From: Eledone cirrhosa | Taxonomy: Eukaryota | Assembly: GCA_964016885.1 (NCBI GenBank) | Contig: OZ024742.1 | Span: 320,354,001 to 320,418,000 of the forward strand | Reading direction: 5' to 3' | DNA: 64,000 nt | Shown here: one piece after another, positions 25,055 through 38,975 of the stretch | How the letters are laid out: each line of letters opens with the position of its first letter | Numbering within the stretch: position 1 is the stretch's first letter | The notes under the pieces: model-generated | The model's database searches: none | What the model was told of the DNA's origin: nothing | Seen by the model: only the letters and a program-made list of their open reading frames with translations | Translations under genes and position numbers: made by a program

Positions 25055-25819
25055 CTGCAAATAAAGTAGGGAAAAATAGTTATAACTAATATAACTTATT
25101 GAAAAAAATAGATAATTCACATTAATTATTCAGAGACACCTTCTTAAAAAATCAATAGTTAAGTTAGTATTACAATGTTTAATGTAATGAGCATCAAAAG
25201 GCTAATGAAAAATAATTAAACAAGGAAAAGATGGCATTAGCTCACTGACAATTATAATTTCAATCATTTTGGTAAGTAGCTTGACCAACTAAAAATCACA
25301 GCCAATATTCCATCACACTCAACTGTATTTAAAGAAAGGAAAGCCTGTCTGGGAGATGAGTAGCCCCACTTCTGTACTGACGTTCAGCCAGTGAAGACCT
25401 GTCTAACCCTTTCCAGCAGGGAAAGAGGATGTTACATGATAACGATTATGAAAGCCACATTAAATAATGTAATCCTAGACACACTATAAATGAAAAAGAG
25501 TTGACGGTCATAGCTAGAATTCATTTGATCAGAGGTCTGCTAAACCAGGCTTCACTTGGAACTAAACAGCAGCAGGGACTAAGATGACTCTTATGCTACG
25601 TGAATTCACCAGTAAAATTAAATAACAAGCAAATTGGTGCAATAAAGAATTTTAATTTTTCAATTTATTTTTAACTGTTTAGTTATGACTCTTTTCAAGG
25701 CCTTTTGCACTGGTGGAAGGAAGCTATCTTCAGACAAAATCCCTGGTTTGAAAGCTTGCAAACAGAGTGGACTATCACACTGCTGCCAACTTTTATAGCT
25801 GGTCCCTCAATTGGGTCCA

Positions 25820-26325
25820 TATTTTATCACCTCATTCCAGGTCTTCTTGGGTCCCCCACTCCAAGGCTTCCATTGACTTTTAATCCTCTGCACCTTTTTA
25901 TGCAGCTGTCATCCTTCATACATATCACATGTCCATACCAATGCAATCTCCTCTCCTGCACACAACATTTGATTCCTCTTATGCTTAGTCTCTCGTTTAA
26001 TCCGTTTATGCTTTGCCGTTCACATATATTACTATTACACACCCATCGCAGCATGTAAGCTTTGTTTCTTTCTAATCTACACAAGTGATCTACACACAAC
26101 GCCTAAGTCTCACTACCATGTAACGTTCGCATGCACGCATCATACAGTCTGCCTTTCATTTTGAGGAAAAAGCCTTTTGCAGCTAGTAGTGGTAGTAGCT
26201 CCCTGAACCTCTTCCATCCCGTTCTTACCCTGGTTACTGTACTTTCAGAACACCCGCCGCCACTGCTGAATCAGTCACCTAGATAGCAGAAGCTGCCTAC
26301 TGTTTCTACAGAGCCCTCCCAGAAC
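25820..26325 (-). mobile_element. RTE LINE fragment (C-terminal RT region)
   Basis: MLRWVCNSNICERQSIN...ERRLHWYGHV. Reverse complement of ~42010-42490. Confidence 0.88.
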
Positions 26326-26608
26326 ATGTGAAAACTTTTTATCTGCTTCTTCTCTAGCTAAGTATACCTGGAATCTAAGCCTTTCTTATAGCTATTGGAC
26401 ATTGCTCAGTTTCCCCCTTTTGCTCCAGTCTTCCCAGGCCTGTCTTTCTGTTTTTAGGGCTCTATTTTCCCTATCATTCCACTACTACATCACTTTCTGT
26501 TTTGCTGGGACCTTGTCCCAACTGCAGACTTGGTCCATGGGTTTCAAAAAAGAGAAAAAGATAAATTTTTTAAAAGAAGAAATGAAGTAATAATGATGAA
26601 ACACTTAC

Positions 26609-26762
26609 TCCGAACTAATCTGCGGTTGAAGACAAACGTTCCATTAGGAAAATAAGATCCAGAAAAATAATTAGTTTTACACATTGAAACAGTTGGAACT
26701 ACGGACTTATTGTGGTGCCAGAAATGGTAACCTCCAATTGCTATGCGATTCATTTTGCTGTA
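26609..26762 (-). CDS. MCOLN3: Mucolipin exon (luminal domain)
   Basis: YSKMNRIAIGGYHF...MCKTNY...VFNRRLVR. ctccag acceptor, GTAAGT donor. 154 nt, phase 0/1. Confidence 0.88.
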
Positions 26763-27487
26763 CTGGAGAAAAAAAACCAAAAATATGAGTTTATTGAGCT
26801 GCTAAACTGTTTATCCACTTTAAAACAGGTATGCCATATCCCTACATGTTGTAAGGTGTAAGTAAAAGGGTTGACACCTAGAAGGGCATCTAGCTGTAAA
26901 ACATTACTTCAAAAGAAACTCCCTTATTAATATAAAGCCTGTCATGAGGCTTTCACAAGGCTAATTTCTGCTTTAGCAAGAGAAATGTTGTGCTGTTAGC
27001 CTCATCTTTTCATTTTAATCCTATATTATTTGCAATATTTCATTACATCAGCTTGAATCAATGAAGGAACCATTACAATTGTTGTTTAATCTGCAAGAAA
27101 TACCAACTATCAAACCACACTATCATCTTGAAAATGGAAAGACACACTAGATAGTGTTGTACTAGATAAATAAGATGGGATGGTCATGGCTGACAGAGAT
27201 AATCAACAAAAGCAATTTTAAATGTGGTGTCACAATAACAGTGCTGATGTCATGATGAAAACTATACCCACTCCGCCCTATAAAGTGATTGGTGTTAAGA
27301 AGGACATACACCCATAGAAATGAAGCCAAAACAAAGCATATGTGCAGGACCTAGACACCTGACTAGTCTGGCCTCAGCATTCAACAGTCGTCTAACCCAT
27401 GAAAGCATGGAAAATAGACATTAGATGGTGATGATTATGATTACTCACACACACACACACACACACATATATATGTATATATATATA

Positions 27488-28172
27488 TCATCATCTTCGT
27501 TTAACGTCCATTTTCCACGCTAGCATGGGTTAGACGGGAGTTGTCCCACTTGAGGCAAGGCTGGTCAGGTGACCGTGTCTCGCTCATATAGAACTATCTG
27601 GCAGGTTTTCTACAGCTGGATGCCCTTCCTAACACCAACCACATTTACAGTGTGGAACTGGGAACTTTTTACCGTGTTACCTCTACGGCCACATTACAGT
27701 GTGGACTGTGTGCGTTTTTTTTGTCGTGACACCTACACGAACTCGATCTCATTTTCTCGTGCTGTTGGTGGGAGTGGGAAGATAGGGTAGGGGTAGTAGA
27801 TTGGGGTGTATATTTGGTTAAGAGGTGCCTACTGAATGTAGGTTTCGCTTTGTACATAGGCAAGGCGGGTCTTCTGTATTACTGCGTAGCGCAAAGATCT
27901 TGGTCCAGAGACATTGTCTTAGAGAGATGTAAGTGTGTGAGGTCAGAATTTATCAGATCATCCCAGGTTTATCTGGGTCTACCTACTCCGTAACTACCAT
28001 CAATTTTGATCGCCCTGCACTTTTTTATGCAGCTGTTGTCTTTCATGCGCATTACGTGACCATAACAACGTAGTCTTCTCTCAAGTAAACAGCATCTGAT
28101 CCTTCTTATTCCTAATTTCTCACTTAGTTCATTTATGCTTTGCCGTTCACGTATATTACTATTACACATCCA
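27488..28172 (-). mobile_element. RTE LINE 3' end, second subfamily (same 3' UTR as 930-1316)
   Basis: WMCNSNIRERQSINEL...RRLRCYGHV, 3' UTR and (GAT) tail. Confidence 0.85.
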
Positions 28173-28523
28173 TATATATATATATCCTGGTATGTATATA
28201 AGCATTTCTAACATTAATTTTTACCTAATTATGTATGGTTGACCGTATATTTAATTAATTTCCATGTGCTGTTGAAATGTTGGGTAAATATTCTATAGCG
28301 GTTGTGCACGAAGACGCCGCAATAGTATATTTACTATTTATTCATAGATGCCTTTTATTCTTATAGCCTGGTCTAATTGATTTTTTGTGTGGTTAATTAT
28401 GCTGATTGGGAATTGTATATATATTATCAAATAATTCTCTGGACATATTTTACTCTATATATATATATAATATATATATATATATATAATAAATAACAAA
28501 GAACGCCTATAGCATATGCATAT

Positions 28524-28581
28524 CTTTACTTGCTAACATTGTTTCATCCGCACTATAAGTGGGACTCATCAGAACATAAAG
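28524..28581 (-). ncRNA. Minimal type I hammerhead ribozyme motif, probably a Penelope-like element remnant
   Basis: The minus strand reads ctttatgtt CTGATGA gtcccac-ttata-gtgcggat GAAA c-aat-g TT agcaagtaaag. Core boxes and stems I and II pair; stem III is minimal. Confidence 0.65.
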
Positions 28582-28862
28582 GTTAATTACATACCACACA
28601 AGCAATAACAAATCCAAGACATTGAAGAATGAAAAATAATAGAAGATAAAGGATATTAAGGAAGTAAAAGTAAAAATAAAAATAAAAATAAAAATAAAAA
28701 TAAAAATAATAAAATAAACAATGAAAAATAAGGGGTGCTATCAGTCACATATATATATACTAGAGTTGAAAATGTGGGTAAAGTTCCATACAAAACAAAG
28801 GTTATAGTTAAAATTAAAAAGTAAGAGAGAAACACCATGAGAGAGAGAAATTGGTAACTTAC

Positions 28863-29054
28863 CTGATTTGATACAAAATCAACATGTTCAAAAACTGAAC
28901 TGATCTGGTAGACAGCATATGTACCAGTTGCTGGAGGGTATGGAAGGGTTTCATAGGCAGGTTCCCAGTTTTTCAGAAATAGATGTTTCAGTGATATAGT
29001 ATTTTTCTCAACATAGTCCACAAAATTTCCACGTTCTAAACCAAAAATACATAA
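28863..29054 (-). CDS. MCOLN3: Mucolipin exon (end of S1, start of luminal domain)
   Basis: LCIFGLERGNFVDYVEKNTISLKHLFLKNW...YAVYQ. ttccag acceptor, GTAAGT donor. 192 nt, phase 0/0. Confidence 0.93.
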
Positions 29055-31127
29055 CTGGAAAACAAAGATTTCAGACAATGGAAGTAAGTTATCGTGACCA
29101 TCATCGAAACAATGTTAAAATATACCAAATAGTTTATATGAAATATGTGAACGTATATATGGCTAAGTGAGTAATAAGTTTGCTTTGCTATGAAGTTCTG
29201 AGTTTGATCCTACTCTTACGCTATATGTTAAATGACTTGTCATTTAATATATAGCTTTTGGTCAACCCAAGTCTTGTGAGTAAAATTGGATGAGAAAATG
29301 TAAAAGCCTGTCTTTTTAAAGGTTTGTTGGACTATATTATCTCAGGTGTCTTTTCCTTATTTAAATCGATAGGGCATGAGTTTAGAGACATTTGATTGCT
29401 ATTTCTAGCAGGCTTAGCAGCCACAGGGGTTCCGTCTGAAGATTGGCTGAATGGTTAGATTGTTAAAATAATGACTAAGACTCATAGGCCCTTCATATGT
29501 TACAGTATAGTCAAGTGCTTCATATTAAGATCAAGCAGTGGTTGAGTTATAAAAATCTAAAATTACATCATGATAGCATAAAAGAGAAAAAATACAAAAC
29601 ACAAAATTCCACACTATTGTTGAGTTGCACTACAATGACATGGTTTCTTCAGGGTCATTGCCCTGTGTAATTTGAGGGAGATTTGGCTGCGATATCTGAT
29701 TAGTCAGTGGTAGGGTAATGGCAAAAGTTAGGTCCTCATCAGTTAATGAGTTTCCATTCCTCAATAGGGTCTGAACTCCAGGTTTAGGTACAGCTAATGA
29801 GAGAGAGAGAGAGAGAGGGGTGATGTGAGTGAGGGAGGATCAACCCCAATACTTCACTCTTACTTTGCCTTTCATTTCTATGAGGTCAATAAAGATGCCA
29901 TGGCAGGATTTGAATTGAAATGAATACTGCAAAGTATTTTATCTCACATTCTAATAACTTCTAATTTGCTGCTTCAATAGTAGTTTACAGACTCTTTTAG
30001 TCAACAAGATACTTCAAAAACAACACGTTTTCCATTAGCACATAGAAGTCAATGAAGTAGCCTGAATCTGCATGATAGACCTATTAGAAATAGCAGCCAA
30101 ATCTCCCTCAAATATTACACTATCTCATCTTAGAAAAACATGCATTGGATAATTAAACCTAGGTACATAATGCCTGAAAATAAGTGGGAGGGTTACGGCT
30201 GGAGTGCCCAGATGTGAGCTAACATGTAACAACAACAATCATTTTTTGAGGACATACAGCCTTCACTAAAACAATCTGATTTTTCTTTTTCATGTATGTA
30301 TGCATACAAATATGCATGCATGTACACACGTATGAACACGCACACACTGTCTTAATATTATCAGATATGATGAGCAACCTTAAAACAATCTTCTGGTACT
30401 AATGATAGGAAAAATTAAAGCTCAAGTAACCACATGGGATCTCTCTCAATGGCTTGTGACTAGTGTTAGATATAGGCATGGTATTGTGGCAGTAATGAAG
30501 GCATTGTTAGTATTGGTGAGAACATCCATAGTAGTAACTGTAGTCTTTGTGAATACAATATATCAAGACATGTCAGCCCAAACCAACTATCACCTGGTTA
30601 CTCTCACCATTGTTTTTAGTTTTCTTCTACTCAGTAGATAGAGTATACTAACTAAATTTAACTGAGTTCTATTCCTTGTCCTAGTGATAACATACACACC
30701 TATATATAATTTTTCTGTGATTCTGTCACAACAGGTAAAGAGAGAGTAGTTTGACTACCTCATACTACTCCTCTCTCCTTACATCGGCTGCCTGCATGAA
30801 TGTGTTGTGTAAAAGGAAGGAAGGGGATGGTGAAAAACTATGCTGTGTGTAAGTATGTGTACATTTGTGTAAATGTATGTGTGTGAATGTGTGTGTATTT
30901 TTGTATGCGTGTCCGTTTGCACATTTATATTTATATACTAATACATATAAATGTATGCATATGGACAGACACATACGCACATACATATACACATGTGTCA
31001 GCATGTTGAAAAAAATTCTAATGCATGATAATCCAAAAGCATATCTTCATTGTTTTACAGATTAAATGAGTCAATTTCTTGAGCAAAATTTAACGGATTA
31101 TGTATAAAATATGAAATAAATAATTAC

Positions 31128-31358
31128 CTGTATTGTTACCAAAATAATTTTCACCACCTGTAATAACATCTTCCATGGGATTCGCTTTTTTGCTCTTAGC
31201 TTTTCTATGGGGTCCATGAAGAAAAACTTCAAACGCCGCCGCATACGATCCTCCATGTCTGGGGTATAATATGATGGCTGACGTTTTAATGGTGGCTTAG
31301 ACTGTACTGATGAATTTATGTTCGGGTGCCCATCTTCATAACCAATATCTCCTGCCAT
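31128..31358 (-). CDS. MCOLN3: Mucolipin/TRPML channel, first visible coding exon (polybasic PI(3,5)P2-binding region and S1)
   Basis: MAGDIG...RMRRRLKFFFMDPIEKLRAKKRIPWKMLLQVVKIILVTIQ matches the mucolipin RRRLK.FFM.P / PWK motif. Acceptor ttcacag at 31361 (exon begins 31360), donor GTAATT at 31127. 231 nt, phase 0. The symbol is nominal, since invertebrates usually have a single TRPML. Confidence 0.93.
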
Positions 31359-32065
31359 ATCTGTGAATGGGGAACAGACAACATTTATATTTCTATCCAC
31401 TATATATATATCAATTAATATATCTGGATCTACATATAATCTTTGACCTCTCATTTAAGAGAGTATACCTCATGGCAGATGGTTTTAATTTAAATATAAA
31501 CACATTTTGGTGTCTGAACAGAACTTAGAAGTTCTTAGATAAAATTATGATGGAAAGGTTTAAGATTGTATGAAAAGATTGAAAATAACCCCTATGTCAT
31601 TGGAGCACCATTGAAGATATCATGTAATTCAAAAGAGAATACACTACATTTATTACCCTTTGTCCTCCATACAAGTTAACTTGGTTAAAAACAATAGCAA
31701 AAATAACAAAAACTATATCCAGTGTCTTGCAGCAGTTAACTTTTTGAGTGCCCAAAACATGCTACTACATCTTTTGCTTCTCATCTTGTGTTTGCTTTGT
31801 GTAAAAGATTACTGCTACATTTTAGTTTAGTTTAGTTTGTGAAGTACAGGTTCAGACAAAGTAAAAGCAAATCTCATCAAAATCAAATAAGAAAGAGATA
31901 AACATGCCTCATTGTTTGGTGATTTAGAGAACAATGTATTGTGGGCAATGGGGTGCTGGGGGAGAAAAAGATATTGGGATAGTCAGGTCAAATACATGAG
32001 GCAAGAAAAGTTTTTTTTACACAGCAGGATGAAATGATACTGATTAGTAACTGGGAATGACTTAA

Positions 32066-32270
32066 CCCTTTAACATTTAAACTGGCTGTATCTGGCCAGA
32101 ATTCTCTCACCTCTTTCTGTTCAAACCAGCCATAACTGGCTGTTCATAGTGATGTTAAGGTATTGTTCTCAAAATAAATATCAACATCTCATAGATTCGA
32201 TATTATGTGAGATAAAGTGTTTACTATGAAAATACAAGAGTAAATATAGAGTAATGCAAATTCTAAAGGG
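32066..32270. mobile_element. piggyBac-type MITE, same family as 22392-22612
   Basis: TTAA|CCCTTTAACATTT...TTCTAAAGGG|TTAA. The interior aligns with the 22.4 kb copy (tagattcgatattatgtgagata). Confidence 0.88.
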
Positions 32271-35039
32271 TTAAAGAGTAAATAGCAATAAGGAAATTAA
32301 AAAGAAAGAGCAGTAAATGAAAAAGAAAATAGAAATAAAGCAGTGAAAGAAAGAGAAAGGAGGGAGGGAGAGAAATTTTACACCCCAGTTGAGCAGTATG
32401 TTTCAGTTGGACACAAAATATGATCAAAATATCTATCTTATACAAAATTTTACTGCTCAGGACAGTACTGGCACTTCTATCTACTGTAGCAAATTACAAG
32501 GTGTAGAGGAGCATTGAGATTTTTTCTAGGGATAGTGTTGTATTAATGATGGTATTTATAAAAGCTCACCAGCCATTTCTAACAAACACACACACAAGCA
32601 CAGACTACCCATGGTATGTAGACTTTACTAATATTAACATATGGAGAGAAAAGAAAAAACATCTGCAAAAGATGGTAGAGAGAAAACAAAAGGTAAATAA
32701 GACAATAAAAACCAAAGTATCTATCATTAAGTCTTTTCTACAAGTTATTCTAATATCAAGTTGGATTACAAACACAAATGAGGGAAGGGAGACGATCAAT
32801 TTATTATAATCTCAACCACATCTGTCCATATGACTACCTCAATCAATTTCCATGTATGCTCAAGTCTCAATAGTTATATAAAGACTACTATAGAAAAAAT
32901 ATTAGAGCAGCAGATGTGAAATGACCAAGAGGAAAAGGTAAATAAAAGTACTAATGAACCCCAAACAGGATATACAATTGCCTTTATAAAACACACACTG
33001 GAGTTGATTCTTTTCTCTCCCCCTAGCCTTTGAAGTTATAAAAAATTAAAGGGTCATGAGTGATGCTCTAGAATCACCTTACTCTCTCGCAAAAATGATA
33101 TTGAATAATGTAGTCCTCAATACACCTACAAAGATAGGACAGAGCTAACTTCAAGAGGAACAACTACAACAGCAGCTCTGTATAATAAGTAGCAACCAAA
33201 ACTATTTAGCATTAGAGAAAGGCCACAGAGGTAGTGCATTCATTTGCCAAAATCTAAAGAATGCCAACATAGCATATTTTTTTATGTGGGACTAAATGTT
33301 TTATATTCATTTTTTAAATGTGAGAAATAAAAAATTTTTTTTTATAGCAAATGTAAATATTTCTACAGCTGGATGCTTTTATTATTATTGCCAGCTACTC
33401 AGTGGGAGGTAGCACACTGAAGCATTTGATGAACAAAAGGTTTGTATAAAGCATAGTCTGTCGATTATGTAAAACTGAAGGCAATATGATTAGAAATGCA
33501 ACAGGTTAACTATAATATTACCTTTCTTAATAGTTTATTTCTAAAACATCCATATTTAAGGTGTGGGGGAAATGGCCATGTAAAATGTTATCAAAATAGG
33601 GAACATGAATAAAGTATTCAGGATGTCTAGAAATAAATGCTTATTTTTTTCTATTTGAAAAAGCAGATAAAAAAAAAAATAAATAAAAAAAACGAAAAAA
33701 AAAAAAGAAACAGGAAACAAAACAGATTATCATCATCATCGTTTTTATGTCTGCCTTTCCAGGCCAGTATGGGTTGGATAAGACTATTTTGAGGCAGAAT
33801 TTTATGGCCAGATAGCCATCTTAATATGGGTTAGATGAGACTATTTTGAGGTAGAATTCTATGGTCGGGGGGGGGGGGTCATCTTAATCCTAAACCACTA
33901 ATCCTTAAGGCCTTTATGTTTATGTAAAACAAACATTTATCATCACCTGCACAAGCAAAGACAGATGCAAAGCAGAGATACAAACAAACACCTGCACCCA
34001 TATACACAAGAGTACTGGAAAAACATGATAGTAACTACAACACTGACTGCCTTATTAGTATCATAGTGATTTTTATAATGATACATACTAGCTGTTGTTA
34101 AAGTTAAAATCAATATACAGATGTTTGACATTTGCAGACCTGCCAACCTCTAAAAACCCAAATGAAAAAAGTGATACAAAGCAGGGAGAAATGAGGCAAA
34201 ATTGGGAGATTTTACATAATGAAAGCTATATCCATTTTCACAAGAGAAGACATATCTCACCCACCCCAAAGTGGGTGGGAGATCTCCTTGTCCGACAGGA
34301 AGAGGTGACAAGTTTGCATTTGTGTAATTCTATGAGTGAACTAAATCTATATTGTTATAAAACAACACAAACATTTTAAGATTATTTTTCCTGCTAAAGG
34401 AGGAGATAGCTTCAGCACCTCATGACAGGTTTCATAATCATCCTGGCATTTTTTCTGAGGCAATGTTTTATGATAAACAAACAAAAATCCAGTAAAGCTA
34501 TTAGTTACAAATTGAAATATATTTTTCAATGTGCTTCAATTTTCATCATGCATAGAGAATTCAAGGTTCCATATATTTAGAACCAGAAACAAATACATGA
34601 AAAGCACAACACACATGGCAGCAGCACTTGGGAGGTTGTCCTCTCATCTCTTTGTTTAGCAAGTTTCTATGCTAGGATGCCATTACTATCAGCAACCACT
34701 TTACAGAGTATACAGGGTGCATTTGATCATGTCACCAACAATGGAGAGATTGTGTACTTGACACAACTGAAGAGTTCCTTCAACCCATTTTTGGCATGCT
34801 TTCTACAGCTGAAATATATATGCAAATGTATGTATATATATGTAAATGCAAGTATATTATCTATATCATCATCATCATTTAACATCTGTTTTCCTTGTCA
34901 GCAAGGAATGCATCTCTCTCTATATGTAAATGTATATAATTGTTTCTACTTTTGGTACAAGGCCAGCAATTATCCAGTGCATTACTGGTACTTTATTTAT
35001 CGACCCCATAAGAATGAAAGGCAAAAATGATCATCATAC

Positions 35040-35990
35040 ATATGCATCACATATCCATATCAACACAGTGATCTCTCTAGCACACTACATTTCATTGCTC
35101 TTATACCGAATTGCTCTCAGCATATCCATGCTTCACTGTTCATGCATATTAACATCACACATCCAATGGAGCATGCCCGTTTTATTTATGTGCATCCTTC
35201 ACATTCAATTTCCATGTCTTACTGTCTTACAATATCACATTTCTCACACAGGCATTATACAATCTTCCTTTCGCTCATAGAGAAAATCCCTTTGTTGTCA
35301 ACAGAGATAGTACTTCTCTGAACCATTGTCAAGAAGTATTTATCTGAACCTTTTTCATCCTGCTTTTATTCTAGCCGCTATGCTTTCAGAGCAACCTTCT
35401 CCATTTCTGATTAGGTCATCTAGGTAACAGAGACTCAACTACTTCTACAATACCTTCTCAAAATTGGAACAAGTTTATTTCAATGGTGCTCTTACTACCA
35501 GCCATTCATCCAATTCTGCTACATACAAAGTCTCCTTTTTCTGTTGACCTGCATGCTATCCCATTACAACTCTTGTAAGTCCATATTTTACATTATTTAC
35601 ATTGTATGCAGTTTCTAACTACTTTACATATCGAGCACGGCTATTTCCCCTATAGTATCAAAGTAAAGACCAAAGTTTTAGCAAGAAAGAAAGAAAAGAC
35701 TAAGTTCACATGGAGCCCTTTTAACTCTGTTCTGTTTCTGTTACAACAGGAATTTCTTCTATAGCTCTTCTGTATACTATTATTCTAGTTCTTATAGCCA
35801 AATTTGCAGAAGTTTCCATGGACAGCTAGTCTTAAACTCTTCTGTTATGGTCTGGGAAACAGAAGGGGGCTGATGACAGCCTTGATGAACATCTACTTGT
35901 ACATTGAATTCTATACCATCATCTTTTCCCTTGTAACAATGAATGATTTTAATATCTGATTGATTGGTGGTCCAGCAGCTTTTCCATTTT
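35040..35990 (-). mobile_element. Old degenerate RTE LINE fragments
   Basis: CYKGKDD...FNVQVDVHQG...ITEEFKTSCPWKLL, plus a degenerate C-terminal part at 35040-35560. Confidence 0.7.
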
Positions 35991-38254
35991 TTATATCTCC
36001 AATTGCTTCTTTGACCCTCTGTCAACTTCAACATCCAGTCCCCCTGCTGAGTCTACTGGAGATAGTCCTTCTTTCACTCTTTCTTCACATTGATAGATCT
36101 TCACAGAACAAGTCAGCACTCGAGCTAGTTTGCTTAGATATGTTACCAAGTACATTTTATCATGGCACCAGCACTAGAGAGGTTGTCATGTCTTTGACAT
36201 AGCTGAAGAGTTCTCTTGACCTTTTATTGATACCTTCCTACCAGCAACCATTTTAGAGTGTAGTGGGTGTATTTATTGTGTAGATCACCAACACTAGAGA
36301 GGTTGTTGTGCTGTTAACATGACATAGGAGTCCTCTTGACCCTTTTTAGCACTGTTTCTACAGCAGGACACCCTATCACCAACGACCTTGCAGAGTGTAT
36401 TTGGTGCATTTTTCATGGCATCAGCACTAGAAAGGTTGTCAGAAAACGATAAGTATGATGCCATGGGTGTATGACGAGTGTGGCAGGAATTGTCAGGGGC
36501 ATGAATGGGGTTTCCTCTGATAACATAAGGGGTGGGGGTATTGGGATGATAGCAAGTACTAGGGCATTATGACAGGTGTGTCAGGATTTTAGATAGTGGA
36601 GATGTAGTGATGTGAGAATAGCTACTAAAGATTGAAACATGAATAGGGTAGCATGTACAGTGATTGTGAGAAATAACTAAGGAACATGAATTGGGTGAGA
36701 GTATACAGTGATGAGTAGGATAGTTACTAAGGAGTTCTACTGGAGTGGAGTGAGGAGGAACATGGATGGGTCAGGTTATATTTATGCTAAGTTCACTCCT
36801 ACACCCTTCTTCACACTGCACCGAGTCACCTTCCTGTTCTTTCTATTTCACCAAATACTTTACCACTTATTACCTGTCTTTCAGATAGTCACCATCATAT
36901 CTTTTGTCTCCACATATTCATCTTCCTCAGACATATTTTCTGCTATTAGCACCAGGTCATCTGCATGCAGGCAACCCCCACAGTAAACCTTCCTTTACAC
37001 TTCAGGCTAGTACCTTCATCACAGCCACAAATATTAATGGGCTTAATACTGATCCCTGATGTACTCCAATCTTCACTTCATAATAACCACTTTACCGAGT
37101 GTATTGGGTGCTTTTATCATGGCATCAGCACTACAGAGATTGTCATGTTCTTATCAAGACTGAAGAACACTTTGTTAACATAAGCAACAATCAAACAAAA
37201 CATAGAATAGTCAAATAACCTATTGATACCCTCACTTCTCCAGACACAGAGGAGACACACTACACTACAGACAACAACAAAAGTAAGAGGCAAATGAGAG
37301 ACGTAGTGATCTTCACTTATATCTATTACTGAGGCATTAGCAACAGGAGGGAAATAGGTTACAACTAGAAGCCAAAAGAAACTTACCAAAAGACACTAAT
37401 CTTTGTTTCATTACTGCACAACTCAATAATAAACAATGACACAGACTTTTAAAAATATGATAAACTGATAAAACCTTGCTCTCAAATGAACAAACAAAAT
37501 GAATTGAAAACTTATCAGTTACAGAGATAGCATATGAAGCAGGCAATTACACTGAAAGAGAATATGATAGACAAAGACAATGAGAGAGGTTATATAACAT
37601 TTTGCTTCAGTAATAAGATTATGTATAATATAAACAATATAAATTAGCTATCTAAATGAGGATATAAGAAAGCAGAACAACATATTTGCTCAGATTAACA
37701 GTAAACAATCATCATCATCAGTTTTATGTTCACTTTTCCATGTTGACATGGGTTGGATGAAACTTTGAGGAAATGTTTTACATCCGGCTTCCAGTCCACT
37801 TGTTTCTTACAACATGCAGAGATATGGCTTACCTATTCTAAATACCAGATACACACAGCAATGAAAAAACAAAAATATATGTGTATTTGGTCATAGAAAA
37901 AGAAATATAACCCACACTGAGGAAATGTGTAGTGTTCTACATTGCAAATATTTCATCATTTTACACTTGCTTTTCATTCTGGTCGATAGACTAGGAGTCA
38001 ATCTTTATTCAGAGTTACTGCTCTCCTAAACATGTTTGACTACTATGCATCATTATACCTAAAACACCACAATTTATATATATATGTATGTATGCATAAA
38101 GTCTGCAGTGCCGAGACCAAGGAGACCACAAATCAGGTTAGTACTCTATGCATAGGAAGAAGCAGAGTGGGTATAAAGGAAAGTAAAAAGTACACCATGA
38201 AAAGGCTTGCTGAATACAAGCAAAAACCGTTAAGTATTGTGTTCAGGTTTCTAC

Positions 38255-38535
38255 CTTCCTGGACTGGGTGATGCGTTGTGTCTTTGAGCAAGACACTTTA
38301 TTTCACGTTGCTCCAGTTCACTCAGCTGTAGAAACGAGTTGCAATGTCACTGGTGCCTAGCTGTATCAGCTATTGCCTTTCCTTTGGACAACATCAGTGG
38401 TATGGAGAGGGGAAACCAGTATGCATGGGCAACTGCTGGTTTTCCACAAACAACGTTGCACTAACTTGTGCCTCAGAGGAGAACCTAGGTGCAAATCCCA
38501 TGGTCATTCATGACCAAAGGGGGTATTTATCCTTT
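38255..38535 (+). mobile_element. SINE (central-domain family shared with ~7.6, 15.7 and 22.7 kb)
   Basis: gcgttgtgtctttgagcaagacactttatttcacgttgctccagttcactcagctgtaga. Confidence 0.7.
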
Positions 38536-38930
38536 ATATGAGTCAATATACACATTTATTCTGAACCACATTAAATTAGTGCTATCACTAGCCAGGTCAA
38601 CAAAAATAAGTTTGTTTAAAAAATCTGTAAGATGATATCGTCTTCTATCTCAATATCTATCAGGAAAGTGAACATTGCTGAAGAGGAATTAAAAATCCTG
38701 AAATATATGTATACAATGTTGTTATACTGGTATAGACGTAACTGTGATGATTACAGCTTAATATATTCATGGCAAGATTATATGTAAGTTTATCATACAT
38801 ATATGGGTTCATAAGATAGCAAATTTGCAGAATCATTTGAGCATTAGATTAAGTGTCCAAGACATGTTATGTTTCAAGCTAGTGCTTCTATGACTCCACC
38901 AGTAATTAAGGAGTCTTCTCTTTCAGGTCC

Positions 38931-38975
<45 letters not shown>

